IMG/VR virus record: IMGVR_UViG_3300028840_003032
Location: 1-53,500 of that record
Length of the DNA: 53,500 bases
Source: a virus
Taxonomy: Duplodnaviria > Caudoviricetes
Direction: 5' to 3' (one strand)
Made by a program: the position numbers and the translations under genes. The first letter of the stretch is position 1, and every line of letters begins with the position of its first letter. Of this stretch, positions 1 through 10,700 are shown one piece after another. The notes beneath the pieces were generated by a model, which saw nothing but the letters and a program-made list of their open reading frames with translations, did no database searches and was not told where the DNA came from.

Positions 1-881
1 CTCAGCTGCGCGACATTTGGGTAACGACTATCGGTGAGATGAAATCGGTCATCACCGAGTTATTCGATGATATGGACTTAGGAATCGAGACGACGAAAGA
101 GGATTGGAAAGTGCTCGGCCAACTCATCGGCCTTGAGCTGGGCGGACTCGCTGCGACGGCGGGCAAGGTCTTCCAGTTCGTCGCAAAGCAGTTCAAGACG
201 TTCGTCATCTTCCCGATTCGAATTGGGATTCAATTCGTCCGGAACCTAGTGACGTCCATCAAAACCATTTTCGCAGGCGACATCATGGGAGGTTTGAAGG
301 AGTTGGGACTAGCAATTCTCGATTTCTTCCTTGCGCCGGTCCGGCAGTCTGTAAAATGGATGATTGAGCTTGCGGACCTCATCGGCAAAAAGGATTTGAT
401 CCCCGAAGGCATCCAGAAGTTCGCTGAGAAGGGCATCACGGGAATCCTCTATGGCGAAGAGGGGAAGAGGAAAGGGAGACGCGCTGGCGGATTCAAACCG
501 TTGGTCGTTCCGTCCGATAAGGAACTGGAGCAGGAGTTCGGTATCATCCCACCGGGCGAAACCGAAACCGACCCGTTCAAGAAATTCCTCACAAGTGAAA
601 TGCCGCTTGCGACGTCGGAAGGAGAAGCGGCGCTCACGCAAGCATTGGCGGAGGCGGTCAAGGAAGGGTCGTTGGCGGGGACGAAGCAAGGCGCGATGGA
701 AGGCGCCAAGGACGCGAAGACGGAAGTGAAGATTGATAGCAAGATGTGCGTCGATGGGGAGGCGTTGAACGTCGCATCGGCGCGTCATTCGGCTACCGTG
801 AAGGAAAGGTCCGGAGAGAAGTTCACGCCGTGGCAGCGACGGACGATGGTCGAGCACGGCGCCGTTCCGGTGACTTCGTAG
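1..881 (+). CDS. Tape measure protein, C-terminal part (5' truncated by the window)
   Basis: The frame is open from position 3. It encodes amphipathic Ala/Gly/Leu/Phe-rich helices and lies directly upstream of the tube-initiator/hub/spike genes. Confidence 0.75.
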   Translation, partial: QLRDIWVTTIGEMKSVITELFDDMDLGIETTKEDWKVLGQLIGLELGGLAATAGKVFQFVAKQFKTFVIFPIRIGIQFVRNLVTSIKTIFAGDIMGGLKELGLAILDFFLAPVRQSVKWMIELADLIGKKDLIPEGIQKFAEKGITGILYGEEGKRKGRRAGGFKPLVVPSDKELEQEFGIIPPGETETDPFKKFLTSEMPLATSEGEAALTQALAEAVKEGSLAGTKQGAMEGAKDAKTEVKIDSKMCVDGEALNVASARHSATVKERSGEKFTPWQRRTMVEHGAVPVTS

Positions 882-890
882 GAGGCGACG

Positions 891-1673
891 TTGGGTCTAT
901 TTGATATGCTGTTCGCGTTCGATGTTTGGTACCTCGAAAATACGGATGCCATCCCGCCTCTTCGATTACAGGGCCAGTTCGTCGCTATCAATCCCACGGA
1001 GACCATCAGCAATCGATACGCGCAGCACAACGCGTTGAACCGGGCGAAGCCCATCGTTCAATTCCTAAACGGCGAAGCAGACCGTGTTTCTTTCCAGGTT
1101 CGTCTTCGCGCCCGCGATGCGCTCTTCTCAAGCGTCGAAGATAACCTCAACATGCTAAAGTCTTGGGCGAGGCGCGATGATGCGTTGAAGCGTCCGCCCA
1201 TCCTTTCCTTTTGGATAGCGGACGGGCATCTCAGCCTATCGAAATGCGTGATCGAAAGCTTGAGCGGTATCACCTACGGAAAGCCCACGAGCTTGGGGGC
1301 CATCCAGGACGTTACCCTCACCATCAACTTACTCGAATATGATCCATATAGCTTGGAAGAAGTCGGCGCATTCGAGACGCGGTATCACCGCGCCAAAATC
1401 CGAGACTACTATGAGATGCTCGCCTATCGGGAGTACAGAAACCCGTTGTTGGGCGACGTCATCCGGAAGCGCCATCCCGAGAAGCAGAAGATCAAAGTAG
1501 CAGAGGTCATCAAGCTACCGTCCGTTGAAGCGATTCGCAAGGAGGTAATCGAGCCAAAATCGATTCCCTTCTCAACGGCATACGGGAAGAAAGAGACGCC
1601 GCAAAGGACGTTGCGGCTTCAAATGTTCGAACGAACGAACCGCACGCACGTATCCCACGTGCTGAAGCAGTGA
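891..1673 (+). CDS. Tail tube initiator / GpU-like (CIS tube-type) protein with a LysM/tail-X-like C-terminal part
   Basis: NP-x-x-I-S...P-x-x-QF-x-x-G...PP-IL...CVIESLS pattern typical of GpU-like proteins. The C-terminus has 'LAYREY-NP...IR--HP...VIKLP'. TAGGAGG SD; follows the TMP. Confidence 0.7.
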   Translation: MGLFDMLFAFDVWYLENTDAIPPLRLQGQFVAINPTETISNRYAQHNALNRAKPIVQFLNGEADRVSFQVRLRARDALFSSVEDNLNMLKSWARRDDALKRPPILSFWIADGHLSLSKCVIESLSGITYGKPTSLGAIQDVTLTINLLEYDPYSLEEVGAFETRYHRAKIRDYYEMLAYREYRNPLLGDVIRKRHPEKQKIKVAEVIKLPSVEAIRKEVIEPKSIPFSTAYGKKETPQRTLRLQMFERTNRTHVSHVLKQ

Positions 1674-1680
1674 GGCTCGG

Positions 1681-2838
1681 TTGGTACAGCAATTAGACGA
1701 CGCCACGCTGGCCCCGAATTACGCCATCGAAATAAATGGGGAGGACATCGGGGAGAACATCGTCAGATTCGTTCGCCACGTCGAATACGAAAGCGCTGAT
1801 GGGATGGCCGACATGGCGATGATTCGCCTCGTGAATCCCGATGCGCTCATCTCCGAAGCAAAAGTGTTTCAACCCGGAAACGAGATGTCCATCTATATGG
1901 GCTATGGAGACTTCGCAACGCTCAATCACGTGGGTCGCGTCGTATTGGTCCGCCAAGTTCCGAACTTCCCTCAAGAGGGTGAGCCGGTTTTGACCGTGAC
2001 GGGGTACACGAAAGACGCCCTGATGATGGACAACGAACCGGACAAGGGGAAGAAGCGGACCTATGACGATGAGAAGTACAGCGATGTCGTAGAGACGAAA
2101 GCGAAGGAGTACAAAATGGAGACGGATATTGATCCGACTCCAAACGCGCCGAAGAAGATCATCCAGAAATCCGGCGTGAGTGATTACGACTTCGTGAAGG
2201 GGATGGCGAACATCACCGGCTTTATCTTCTGGGTAGACGGCAAAGCCGGTCCGAATAGCGATAGCAATTGGACGCTCCATTTCAAAGACCCCAAGAAGCT
2301 CAAAGAGCAAGACAAGGTCTACACCTTCCGGTACGATTTCGGAGATGAGGGAAGTCTTCTCAGCTTCGTACCGGAGTTGCTAGTGAAAGGCGCGAAGACG
2401 AACCTGATCGTGACCGTGAAGGACCGGCTATCAGGGCGCAAGTTGAGAGCGGAGATAACCGAAGAGAACGAAGGCTCACCGGACTTGGACGCCACCGGTG
2501 ATCTCACAGGGGAAGTAAAGGGAGAATACACGACCGCAAGTGACATCAAAATCTTTTTCAACAACTTCAGTTTCGACGTCGTCACGAACCGGCGTTTCCA
2601 AGTCGAAGCGGACGTGGTCGATTGGGCGCAACAGTGGTTCCGTCGAATGCGCGAGAACTTCATCATGAGTCGGGGCAAGACTATCGGTGTTGAGACGCTG
2701 ATGGCTCGGCAACAGCACGTCATCGAAGGTGTGGGCGAGTCCTACACGGGGCAATACTACTTTTCGAAGGTCAAGCAAATCCAGAACGACAGCGAAGGAT
2801 ATGTCTGCGACTTCGCTTGTAGGAAGGTAGTGCCGTGA
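1681..2838 (+). CDS. Baseplate hub / late control D-like protein
   Basis: 'IYMGYG', 'Q-GVSDYDFVKGMANITGFIFWVD' and 'GVGESYTGQYYFSKVKQ' match the GpD/hub layout. Located between initiator and spike. Confidence 0.8.
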   Translation: MVQQLDDATLAPNYAIEINGEDIGENIVRFVRHVEYESADGMADMAMIRLVNPDALISEAKVFQPGNEMSIYMGYGDFATLNHVGRVVLVRQVPNFPQEGEPVLTVTGYTKDALMMDNEPDKGKKRTYDDEKYSDVVETKAKEYKMETDIDPTPNAPKKIIQKSGVSDYDFVKGMANITGFIFWVDGKAGPNSDSNWTLHFKDPKKLKEQDKVYTFRYDFGDEGSLLSFVPELLVKGAKTNLIVTVKDRLSGRKLRAEITEENEGSPDLDATGDLTGEVKGEYTTASDIKIFFNNFSFDVVTNRRFQVEADVVDWAQQWFRRMRENFIMSRGKTIGVETLMARQQHVIEGVGESYTGQYYFSKVKQIQNDSEGYVCDFACRKVVP

Positions 2839-3698
2839 TAAGCGAAACATACGACGCTACCGTGATGGCAATCGACGCGGACGAACCGACTCCACGCGGC
2901 CGGATCAAGGTCGCTTGCGTCGGTCTATTGGGCGACGAAGATGCGACACTTCCGATGTGGGTGGAACCGGCGTTCGACTGGGGATGGTTCTACGTTCCAG
3001 ACGTCGGAGAAATCGTTGAGGTGGAAGTCGTAGCCTCATCGGAGCAAGACGAACAATTTGGGCAAGCGAGCATTGATAACCTAGACATCCGTTGGAGAGG
3101 GAAGCGCAACTACACGGATGAGGAGGTGGACGGCGAAAACGAAGCACGCCCCGTCCCGGAAGATTTCCAAACCAACTACGGCAAGCGGCGCGGGTTCGCT
3201 ACGCCGAACGGCCATATCATTTACTTCGATGACACGGAGGGAAAACAAAAAGTTCAAATCACCTGGAAGCAGGGCGATAGTTTCCAGTTCATCGCGTTCG
3301 ATGAGACGGGTTCCATCGTTATGTCGAACAAGAACGGAGGATTCATCCACCTGGACGCGGAGAACGGCGCAACGACCATCGTCGATGAGAACGGGAATAC
3401 CATCTCAAGCAACGAGAACGGGATCAAGCTCGTTGACAAATTCACGAACTACATCGAGATGAAAGACGGCGTCATCCAAATCGTCTCGCAGTCGAACATC
3501 GTTGCGACCGGCGCGGACTTCTCCGCCAAGACGGGAAGCGTGAACTTGGGCGATGGAGCGTTCGAACCGGCCGTGCTCGGAAACTTGTTAATGGCGTATC
3601 TAGTAGGGCACGTACATCCGGCGCCCGGTTCGCCACCGACTCCTGGGACGCCGCTGCCGATCAATTTGATCCTTAGTTTGGCGACGAAAGTGAAATGA
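2835..3698 (+). CDS. Baseplate central spike (GpV/Gp5 OB-fold plus beta-helix)
   Basis: 'GRIKV...W...GWFYVPDVGEIVEV' OB-fold, 'TPNGHIIYFDD' and a C-terminal HxH (GHVHP) apex motif. Confidence 0.85.
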   Translation: MISETYDATVMAIDADEPTPRGRIKVACVGLLGDEDATLPMWVEPAFDWGWFYVPDVGEIVEVEVVASSEQDEQFGQASIDNLDIRWRGKRNYTDEEVDGENEARPVPEDFQTNYGKRRGFATPNGHIIYFDDTEGKQKVQITWKQGDSFQFIAFDETGSIVMSNKNGGFIHLDAENGATTIVDENGNTISSNENGIKLVDKFTNYIEMKDGVIQIVSQSNIVATGADFSAKTGSVNLGDGAFEPAVLGNLLMAYLVGHVHPAPGSPPTPGTPLPINLILSLATKVK

Positions 3699-4021
3699 GT
3701 AAATGCAACTTCCCGCCAATACCGATTCCGGGCATCCCGATACCGGCGCCGGGATTTCCCTCAATCCCGACTCCTCCAGAAATGCCGCTCCCACCGGGCG
3801 GACTTCCCGTGATACCTCCCATCCCAACGCCGGGCATCCCGATACCGGCGCCCGGTTTCCCCTCGATACCGACGCCACCGCAGATGCCGTTGCCGCCAGG
3901 AGGACTGCCCGTCATCCCTCCTATCCCGACTCCGGGCATCCCCATACCGATACCTGGGCTGCCGTCAATACCATCAATACCGGACATGCCGGCGATACCC
4001 GCGTGTCCCTTAGACGATTGA
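3695..4021 (+). CDS. Proline-rich small protein with a 34-aa tandem repeat
   Basis: ATGA-coupled to the spike gene. Very Pro-rich, with one Cys near each end. The reverse-strand Gly-rich ORF is its shadow. Confidence 0.65.
   Translation: MSKCNFPPIPIPGIPIPAPGFPSIPTPPEMPLPPGGLPVIPPIPTPGIPIPAPGFPSIPTPPQMPLPPGGLPVIPPIPTPGIPIPIPGLPSIPSIPDMPAIPACPLDD
3728..3980 (+). repeat. 102-bp tandem repeat, about 2.5 copies
   Basis: Units begin ccgggcatccc at 3728, 3830 and 3932, with mostly synonymous differences. Confidence 0.9.
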
Positions 4022-4028
4022 GGGAGCT

Positions 4029-4409
4029 ATGCCAAGCGGTTTGAAGGTTCCGATAGGAAAAAATATGAGCGGCGGGATGGCCGTCGTAGATGGGGACGAC
4101 AACGACAAAAAGCTCATCGCAGTTGCGCTAGGAGACGACGACAACGAGAACGCCTTTCAGCAAAGCATCGGCTTGGGTATTGGGATGGTCTTCGACATCA
4201 ACGACCCGTTCATCCGAGGCGGCATCACGCGGAAGTTGAAAGAAATTTTCGAATTATTCGAGGCTCAAAAAAGGTTTAAACTGCTCACGGATACGATAGA
4301 ATGGAAGACGGACTCTAAAACGCAGGAGATGATATTGGAGTTTCGATACTTGAACTTGGAGAGCGATGAAGAGGGAGAGTTCACGAAGGTCTTCAGCGCA
4401 GGAGGGTAG
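4029..4409 (+). CDS. Baseplate wedge gp25/GpW-like protein
   Basis: 126 aa, between spike and baseplate J. 'IGLGIGMVFDIND' resembles the gp25 P-x-FG region. Confidence 0.65.
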   Translation: MPSGLKVPIGKNMSGGMAVVDGDDNDKKLIAVALGDDDNENAFQQSIGLGIGMVFDINDPFIRGGITRKLKEIFELFEAQKRFKLLTDTIEWKTDSKTQEMILEFRYLNLESDEEGEFTKVFSAGG

Positions 4410-4411
4410 AA

Positions 4412-6565
4412 TTGACCGTCACGATTGAAATACCCACGTTCGATTTTAGCGCGTTTTACTACGCTGAGATTTTGGAGGCGCTCGTTCAATACAAGCGGGT
4501 CAACGTCCCGGAGTTGACCGATGAGAGTGAGTTCGAACCCTCCATGCAATTGCTTCGCGCCTATGCGCTAGTCGGGCACCTCAACAATACGTTGGTAGAC
4601 ATCACCGCGAATGAGAGCACCCTCCCAACGGCCAAACTCCCCGAGTCGGTTCGCAATCAATTGAGGCTCATCGGCTATGAGCTTCGTTCGGCTACCCCAG
4701 CGCAAACGGACGTTGTGTACGAGCTTTCAAAAGTCTTCACGACCTCCGTGGAGGTAGTACCGGAATTGGCGCAATGCGCCACGCAGCGAGACGGCGACAA
4801 CCCGCCCATCTACTTCGAAGCGTTAGAAGCGCTCACGGTGAACCCGACCAACGTCCACGATTTCGTGTACGCAGACGAGTCCGGAACGTTCACCGACTAC
4901 ACCGCCAAAGCGAATAGCCAAACGACACCGGCCGATGATTGGACGCCATGGGCGACACCGGCCGTGAAGGACTCGATTTATTGGGGACACAGAACGGCGA
5001 TGTGGGACAAGCTGAGCGTCTTCATCACGACGCTATCGGCTAACCTGGTCGGTGTTTGGGAATACTACGACGGGGATTGGGAGAAGACGTCACCCACCTC
5101 CGTGACCGACCTTGGCGGGTCGTTGGAAATCGATTTGACCTCGCTGCTAGGCGTCTCGAATCGCCAAGGCACGACGGTTCGCGTGCGGCTGAACGAGACC
5201 ACCGCTTCTGAAGAGGTAGAATCGACTTGGACGGGAACGAAGAACATCGCAACGACCGGCTTGCTGGGGCAATCGTCTCCGTCTACCACGGCCGCAGACT
5301 ACACGGTGGGTTCGGATTGGTCGGAGCTGGGAGCGACGGACGGTTCATCGAATCTAACCGCCAGCGGTGAAGTCGATTACGAGTTGCCGCAGACGTTGGA
5401 GAAGAATTGGATCAGGGGAGTCGTGAACGGTAGCACGGCATATTGGGTACGATTCCGGATCACGGAAGCGAACTCAGCGACGTCTCCGGTGATGACCTAC
5501 ACGCGCATGGACGAGGGCAATCAATACGTCCTTCGTTCCGTCACGCAAGGCGAGACGTATGATGAGGCGGATCAATCGTCCACCGGCTTGCCGGGGCAAC
5601 GCTTCGAAACGAGCCAAGAGAACTTCATTTGGGGAAGTGAAAACATCTACGTTGGAGGCGACCTCTGGACGCGGGTCGAGAACTTCCTCAACAGCACGAG
5701 CGTTGATAAGCATTACGTGGTCGAGCTAGGAGAAAACGACCGCGCAACGTGGGTCTTTGGCGGAACAAACGATAAGGGGATGCCGCCCCCAGTCGGAGTC
5801 GGGAACATCACCTCAAGCTACCGTTACAACGCAGCGACTGATGGGAACGTCGGAAGTGATACGATCACCGTCGATAAAACTGGGCTCGTGTACGTCAACA
5901 AGCTTTGGAATCCGAGGCAAGCGACCGGATGGCAAGAAGCACAAAGCGCCTCTGAAGAAAGTTTGGAGCAAGCGAAAATCGAAGGACCGGCGAACTTCAG
6001 AATCAAGGACGTTGCGCTGGGACCGGACGATGTTATTCAATTGACCAAATCCTTCGTGGACGATTCCGGCGCTTCACCGTTTGCAAGAGCAGCGGCGATT
6101 GAAGAGGGATACGGACCGAAGACGATTGAAGTGGTCGTGGTTGCCGCAGGAGGCGGATTGGCGAGCACGGCGCAATTGGAGGCGCTTGAGGAATATTTCA
6201 ACGGGGACAAAACGGCGATTCCCCCGAAGGTGAAACACCTCGTTGCGAATCAGGAAGTGGTGGCCGTTAACTACACGCAGAAACTAATCGACGTCACCGC
6301 AACGGTCTATGGGGACGTCGAACCGGAAGAAGTTGTGAACCAACTTCGGCAAGTGATCCAACCGGAAGCGTTGAAGGCGGACGGCGTGAGTTGGGAATGG
6401 GAGTTCGGCGCGGAAGTCCCGTTGAGCCGAATCAACAGCGTGATCTTCGACACGGATCAATCGATCACAAAAGTGGTCTTGACCGTCCCAGCGGCCGATA
6501 CGCCACTACAACCCAGGGAGCTACCGTTGGCCGGGACCGTTAACATCACGGTCATCGAGCCATAG
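4412..6565 (+). CDS. Baseplate J-like wedge protein with inserted domains
   Basis: 'ESTLPTAKLPESVRNQLRLIGYELRSATPA', 'STGLPGQRF', 'WVFG...GMPP...YRY...GNV' and 'ATGWQEAQS..ESLEQAK' are baseplate-J landmarks. Confidence 0.85.
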   Translation: MTVTIEIPTFDFSAFYYAEILEALVQYKRVNVPELTDESEFEPSMQLLRAYALVGHLNNTLVDITANESTLPTAKLPESVRNQLRLIGYELRSATPAQTDVVYELSKVFTTSVEVVPELAQCATQRDGDNPPIYFEALEALTVNPTNVHDFVYADESGTFTDYTAKANSQTTPADDWTPWATPAVKDSIYWGHRTAMWDKLSVFITTLSANLVGVWEYYDGDWEKTSPTSVTDLGGSLEIDLTSLLGVSNRQGTTVRVRLNETTASEEVESTWTGTKNIATTGLLGQSSPSTTAADYTVGSDWSELGATDGSSNLTASGEVDYELPQTLEKNWIRGVVNGSTAYWVRFRITEANSATSPVMTYTRMDEGNQYVLRSVTQGETYDEADQSSTGLPGQRFETSQENFIWGSENIYVGGDLWTRVENFLNSTSVDKHYVVELGENDRATWVFGGTNDKGMPPPVGVGNITSSYRYNAATDGNVGSDTITVDKTGLVYVNKLWNPRQATGWQEAQSASEESLEQAKIEGPANFRIKDVALGPDDVIQLTKSFVDDSGASPFARAAAIEEGYGPKTIEVVVVAAGGGLASTAQLEALEEYFNGDKTAIPPKVKHLVANQEVVAVNYTQKLIDVTATVYGDVEPEEVVNQLRQVIQPEALKADGVSWEWEFGAEVPLSRINSVIFDTDQSITKVVLTVPAADTPLQPRELPLAGTVNITVIEP

Positions 6566-6574
6566 GAGGATACG

Positions 6575-6988
6575 ATGTCACTTTTCAACGGACTGGAAAC
6601 GGACGTATTGAATGCGCTGCTAGGTTCGGGCGCCTCGTTGATCGGCGCCACGGTCGAAATCGGTTTGAGTACGACCACGCCGAACGATGACGGGACGGGG
6701 ATCACGGAACCGTCCGGTGGTGGGTACGCACGCGTGTCGAAGTCGAACAACGACGCCAACTGGCCGGTCTCAACCGGGAACGAAAAATCCAACGGCACCG
6801 CCATTTCCTTTCCCACGGCGACGGCGGATTGGGGGAGCATCACCCATTGGGTGCTTTGGGAATCGGGCGGACCGGCGAAAATCTGGGGAGTGCTCGATGA
6901 CGGCGCCGGGACTCCGACGCCCAGAACGGTTCAAAACGGAGATGACTTCAGCTTCCCGATAGGGCAGCTGCGAATCCAGATGGACTGA
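6575..6988 (+). CDS. Small virion tail-fibre/baseplate structural protein
   Basis: 'IGLSTTTP...EPSGGGYARV...N...ISFPTATADWGSITHW' is a widespread ~130-aa phage structural family. Confidence 0.75.
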   Translation: MSLFNGLETDVLNALLGSGASLIGATVEIGLSTTTPNDDGTGITEPSGGGYARVSKSNNDANWPVSTGNEKSNGTAISFPTATADWGSITHWVLWESGGPAKIWGVLDDGAGTPTPRTVQNGDDFSFPIGQLRIQMD

Positions 6989-7716
6989 TGGCGACGATAG
7001 TAGCATACGGACTCGCCCAAGCGAGCGTTACAGGGGAAGGCCAGGGCGCAGGCGGTAACACCCCTGGTGGGCTATGTGAGGTATCGTCTGCGGGCCTGGC
7101 CAAATCCGTTGTAGCGCATGTTTCTGCCGGCATAGCCTCCGCATCGGTCGTGGCACGCGGCGAAATGGTAAGCTATGTGCGGGTTTCGAGCGTGGTCGCA
7201 CTCTCTTCCACGAGGATTCGGATCAACTTCGACCGGCCGATGCTCGATGATTCGGCGCTTCGAAATCCCGCCAACTACACGGTTCAACCGACTGTGGGAG
7301 GCGGCGCACCGGTTTACTACACGACCATCGTACCGGAAGATGAGCCCGAACCGACCTATGTGGAAATCCCTATATCTGAGATGACCGATGGGCCGGTGTA
7401 CGAGGCCATCGTGTTCGCGTCCGGTCCCACGGACCCGGAAGGGACGCCCATCGACCCTGCTAACAATTCTGGGACCTTCGTTGGTATCGGTATCGACCCG
7501 GAAGTCATGCGAGTGGAATCGACCGGATTGAATCGGGCGGACGTCATTTTCACGGAAGCGATGGAAGACAACGCCGCAATTCGTGAAGCGAGTCGATACG
7601 CATTCGATGGAGGGTTGAGCGTGTTAGCGGTTTTGGACGTGGTGGGAGACACGGTAAAATTAGTGACATCGGATCAAACGCCGGGGCAACTGTATACCCT
7701 GACGATTTCGAATTGA
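6988..7716 (+). CDS. Virion protein with two Ig-like domains
   Basis: Two repeats, 'IRINFDRPM....LRNPANYTV' and 'ADVIFTEAM....IREASRYAF', are typical of bacterial Ig-like modules. Confidence 0.65.
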   Translation: MATIVAYGLAQASVTGEGQGAGGNTPGGLCEVSSAGLAKSVVAHVSAGIASASVVARGEMVSYVRVSSVVALSSTRIRINFDRPMLDDSALRNPANYTVQPTVGGGAPVYYTTIVPEDEPEPTYVEIPISEMTDGPVYEAIVFASGPTDPEGTPIDPANNSGTFVGIGIDPEVMRVESTGLNRADVIFTEAMEDNAAIREASRYAFDGGLSVLAVLDVVGDTVKLVTSDQTPGQLYTLTISN

Positions 7717-7732
7717 TGGCCGGGAGGAATAA

Positions 7733-10700
7733 ATGGCGCACGTAACTCCGAATCGAGGGTGGAGCACACCGGATGAATACGCTGATCCGTATTGGGCGGC
7801 ATTCACCGCCTTCGTGGATGAAATCGACGCGGACGTCCAAGCATTGTTCGATAGCGGGCACGTCATCTATCAAGGCGCGTGGAACGCAAACACAAATACG
7901 CCTTCCCTCGCAAGCGGAGTCGGAACCAAAGGCCATTACTACGTTGTGTCCGTTTCGGGAAGCACGGACTTGGACGGGGAGACGGATTGGGTCGCAGGGG
8001 ACTGGGCCATCTTCAACGGGACCGCTTGGCAGAAAGTAGACAACACGCAAGTCGGCACGACGCTGGACGGCGCATACGGCAATTTCGGTTCGGACCCGGC
8101 CACGGTCGTTGTGGACGGTTCGGAGGGGCAAGGCGACCTCAAGTTTGATTTGACCGGCGCGTATTCCTTCGACATCGACCTGGGAAACACGACCGGCTCA
8201 ATTGATGGGTTCCGAGTTTACGACGGGGAGTCAACGGAATACTGGAGGCTGCTCCGCAAGAACGATAACGCCATCGACCTCGAAGCAGCGCTCCAGAACG
8301 CGAATCATTCATTGTCGGGCAACTTCGACGTGGCCGCAAGTGGGTTCGTTTCGTTGGATGCTGGGGCACCGTCCAACTTTACCGTTGATGGGGCGGACCT
8401 AACCCTTTCAACTACCACGAGTGGAGATGTCAACGTTTCGTCCGCCAACGACATTGACGCACAAGCCGTGAACGAAGCGTCTCTCCATAGCTTCTATCAA
8501 GTGAACGTCTACAGCGCTTCATCTAGCGATGCGCTCACCGGGGTGTACTCTGTTAGCGGCGGAACGGGGGTGTCTGCGCTCACCACGCTACATGCGGACC
8601 AAGGAGGGAGTTCCAACCCTTCCGATAGCGCAACCGTTCAAGTGTACTCCAGGATACTTTCCGGGAGCGCAAAAGCGTACTTGTGGTTGGGGTCGCAAGG
8701 CGGCACTTTCGATACGCACGAGACTTATCTGTATGGCGATGACCTCGTGAGGGTCACTTCGAATTCGGGCGCTGTTGATATCAACGCAAGCACGAGCGTA
8801 ACAATCGATGCGAATGCATTCACCATCGACGCCGATAACGATAGTTCCATCACCATCACGGGCCAAAAGACGCTTACCATAGATGTTACCGGCGCCAACA
8901 AAGTGGATGATACGATCTTTGTGAAAACCACTACGGATGGCGGAATCCATTTCGAATCGGCCGCCAACCTATTGGTGTATGCCGCTAACAATATACGCAT
9001 AGGCAGTACGCCGGTGGGCGGTAGTCTTGGGAATATCTCTATCGGTGAAAACAACCCTTCCGATAACGGCCAAACGGTAGGCATATATAGCGGCAACGCA
9101 TCCGCTGTGATGACTTTAGAATCTAATTCCGGAGTTTGGATGAACACCTTTGGCGTGTCCGGATTCTGGGGAAGATTCACGGACGGTAACGCTGTTTTCG
9201 AAACGATAGATTCGGCCGGTGGTGGTGATGTCGAGATAACGGCAAGAGGTTCTGGGAAGTATTTGATGCTGCGCGGAGAAGACCGAGTGGAAATGCACGT
9301 TGGTCTCGGCGGTTCTCCGATGGCAACTTTTGGTTCCACGGGCCTCACAATGTCGTTGGGAACGAACATCAACGAATTCTCGACCGATGGGACTCTCAGC
9401 GGAGATAGCGACAACGCTTTGCCGACAGAAAAGGCGGTCAAAACTTACGTTGATAATGCGGTGTTGGCAGAGGACTTTTGGGACCGTTCCAGCGGCGTCA
9501 TCTCTCCGCAGACGTCCGGGGATAGTCTCGATGTCACGATACCGTCCGGCACTTCTTCTATCGTTGCGAATTTCGATCAGCAAAATACGAGCACCATTGC
9601 CAACGGCGTTGAGATCACTAGTAGCGTCATTCAGCCATCGCTCACGGCGCTCACGGGTTCGGCTTTGAAGGTCACTCACAATGGCGCAGGGGCGGCGCCT
9701 GTGATCGAAGTACAGAACAACGGCGGTGGGCCTTCAATGGTTCTAACCGGCTCAAGTCCGAACTTAGGGTTGGCGACGATTGACGCGAACGTTAGTCAAT
9801 GGGCTATCGCTCAAACAACGGTCGGAGGGACGCGCCAAGCAACGTTCCAATCCACGGCGCTCGCGTTGACCGGTAGCACATCTGCCGATAACCTCCGTGT
9901 ACTCGTACAAGCGCAACGCGATATTGCTACCGCAGGCGGAACAGAAGTGGATTTGGTAGCCAAAATCGATCACACATCGGCTTCTGGCGATTCGAAAATT
10001 GACTTGAGGTCGGAGAACAACGGGACCGGGAAATCCGACACGTACTTGAGAGCAGATATTTCCAATGCGGCGAATAACTCCAACGCGAATCTTTATATCC
10101 AAGCCGCAACGACCGGAGGCGGAACGGCGAACATCGACATGGATGCAGACAACGCAATCACGATAGACGCGGGAGGTGGCGTCTCCATCGATGCGGCCGC
10201 GTCTTCGAACTTCAGTACCACGGCGGGGAATCTTAATTTCATTGCTAGCGCCGGTACTGTTGCGATTAACGCCGGTGGCGGTCGGATGGACATCGATGCG
10301 AACGATGAGTTGGAAATCACCGCTGGGAACGGGATGGATATCGACGTCACCGGAACGTATGATATGCTTTCGTCGGGAACGTTCACAATTGCGGGGACCG
10401 GATCAAGCACGATCACTACCGATAGCGGCGATCTTCAACTCAACGCTACATCGGGAGGTGCCGTCAAACTACATTCTTATACTAGTGGCATAGCGGCAAG
10501 GCTTGGCGATAACGCTGGGTCGCAAAAGTTCTTCGTTAGAGATTCGGACGATGCGAACGTTGCCACCATCGATTCGAACGGCGTGGCGACCTTCACGGGT
10601 ATCACCTTGGACGCCGGAAACATTTCGACCGATACAACGACCGGGATGCAGATTGCGACGTCAACGAGCCAAAAAATCGCGTTCTATGGAGCGACTCCTA

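Noticed and set aside
891-6565. Extracellular contractile injection system or T6SS locus
   Set aside because: The tail genes are contiguous with the tape measure, lysis and a complete phage replication module, so this is a phage tail.
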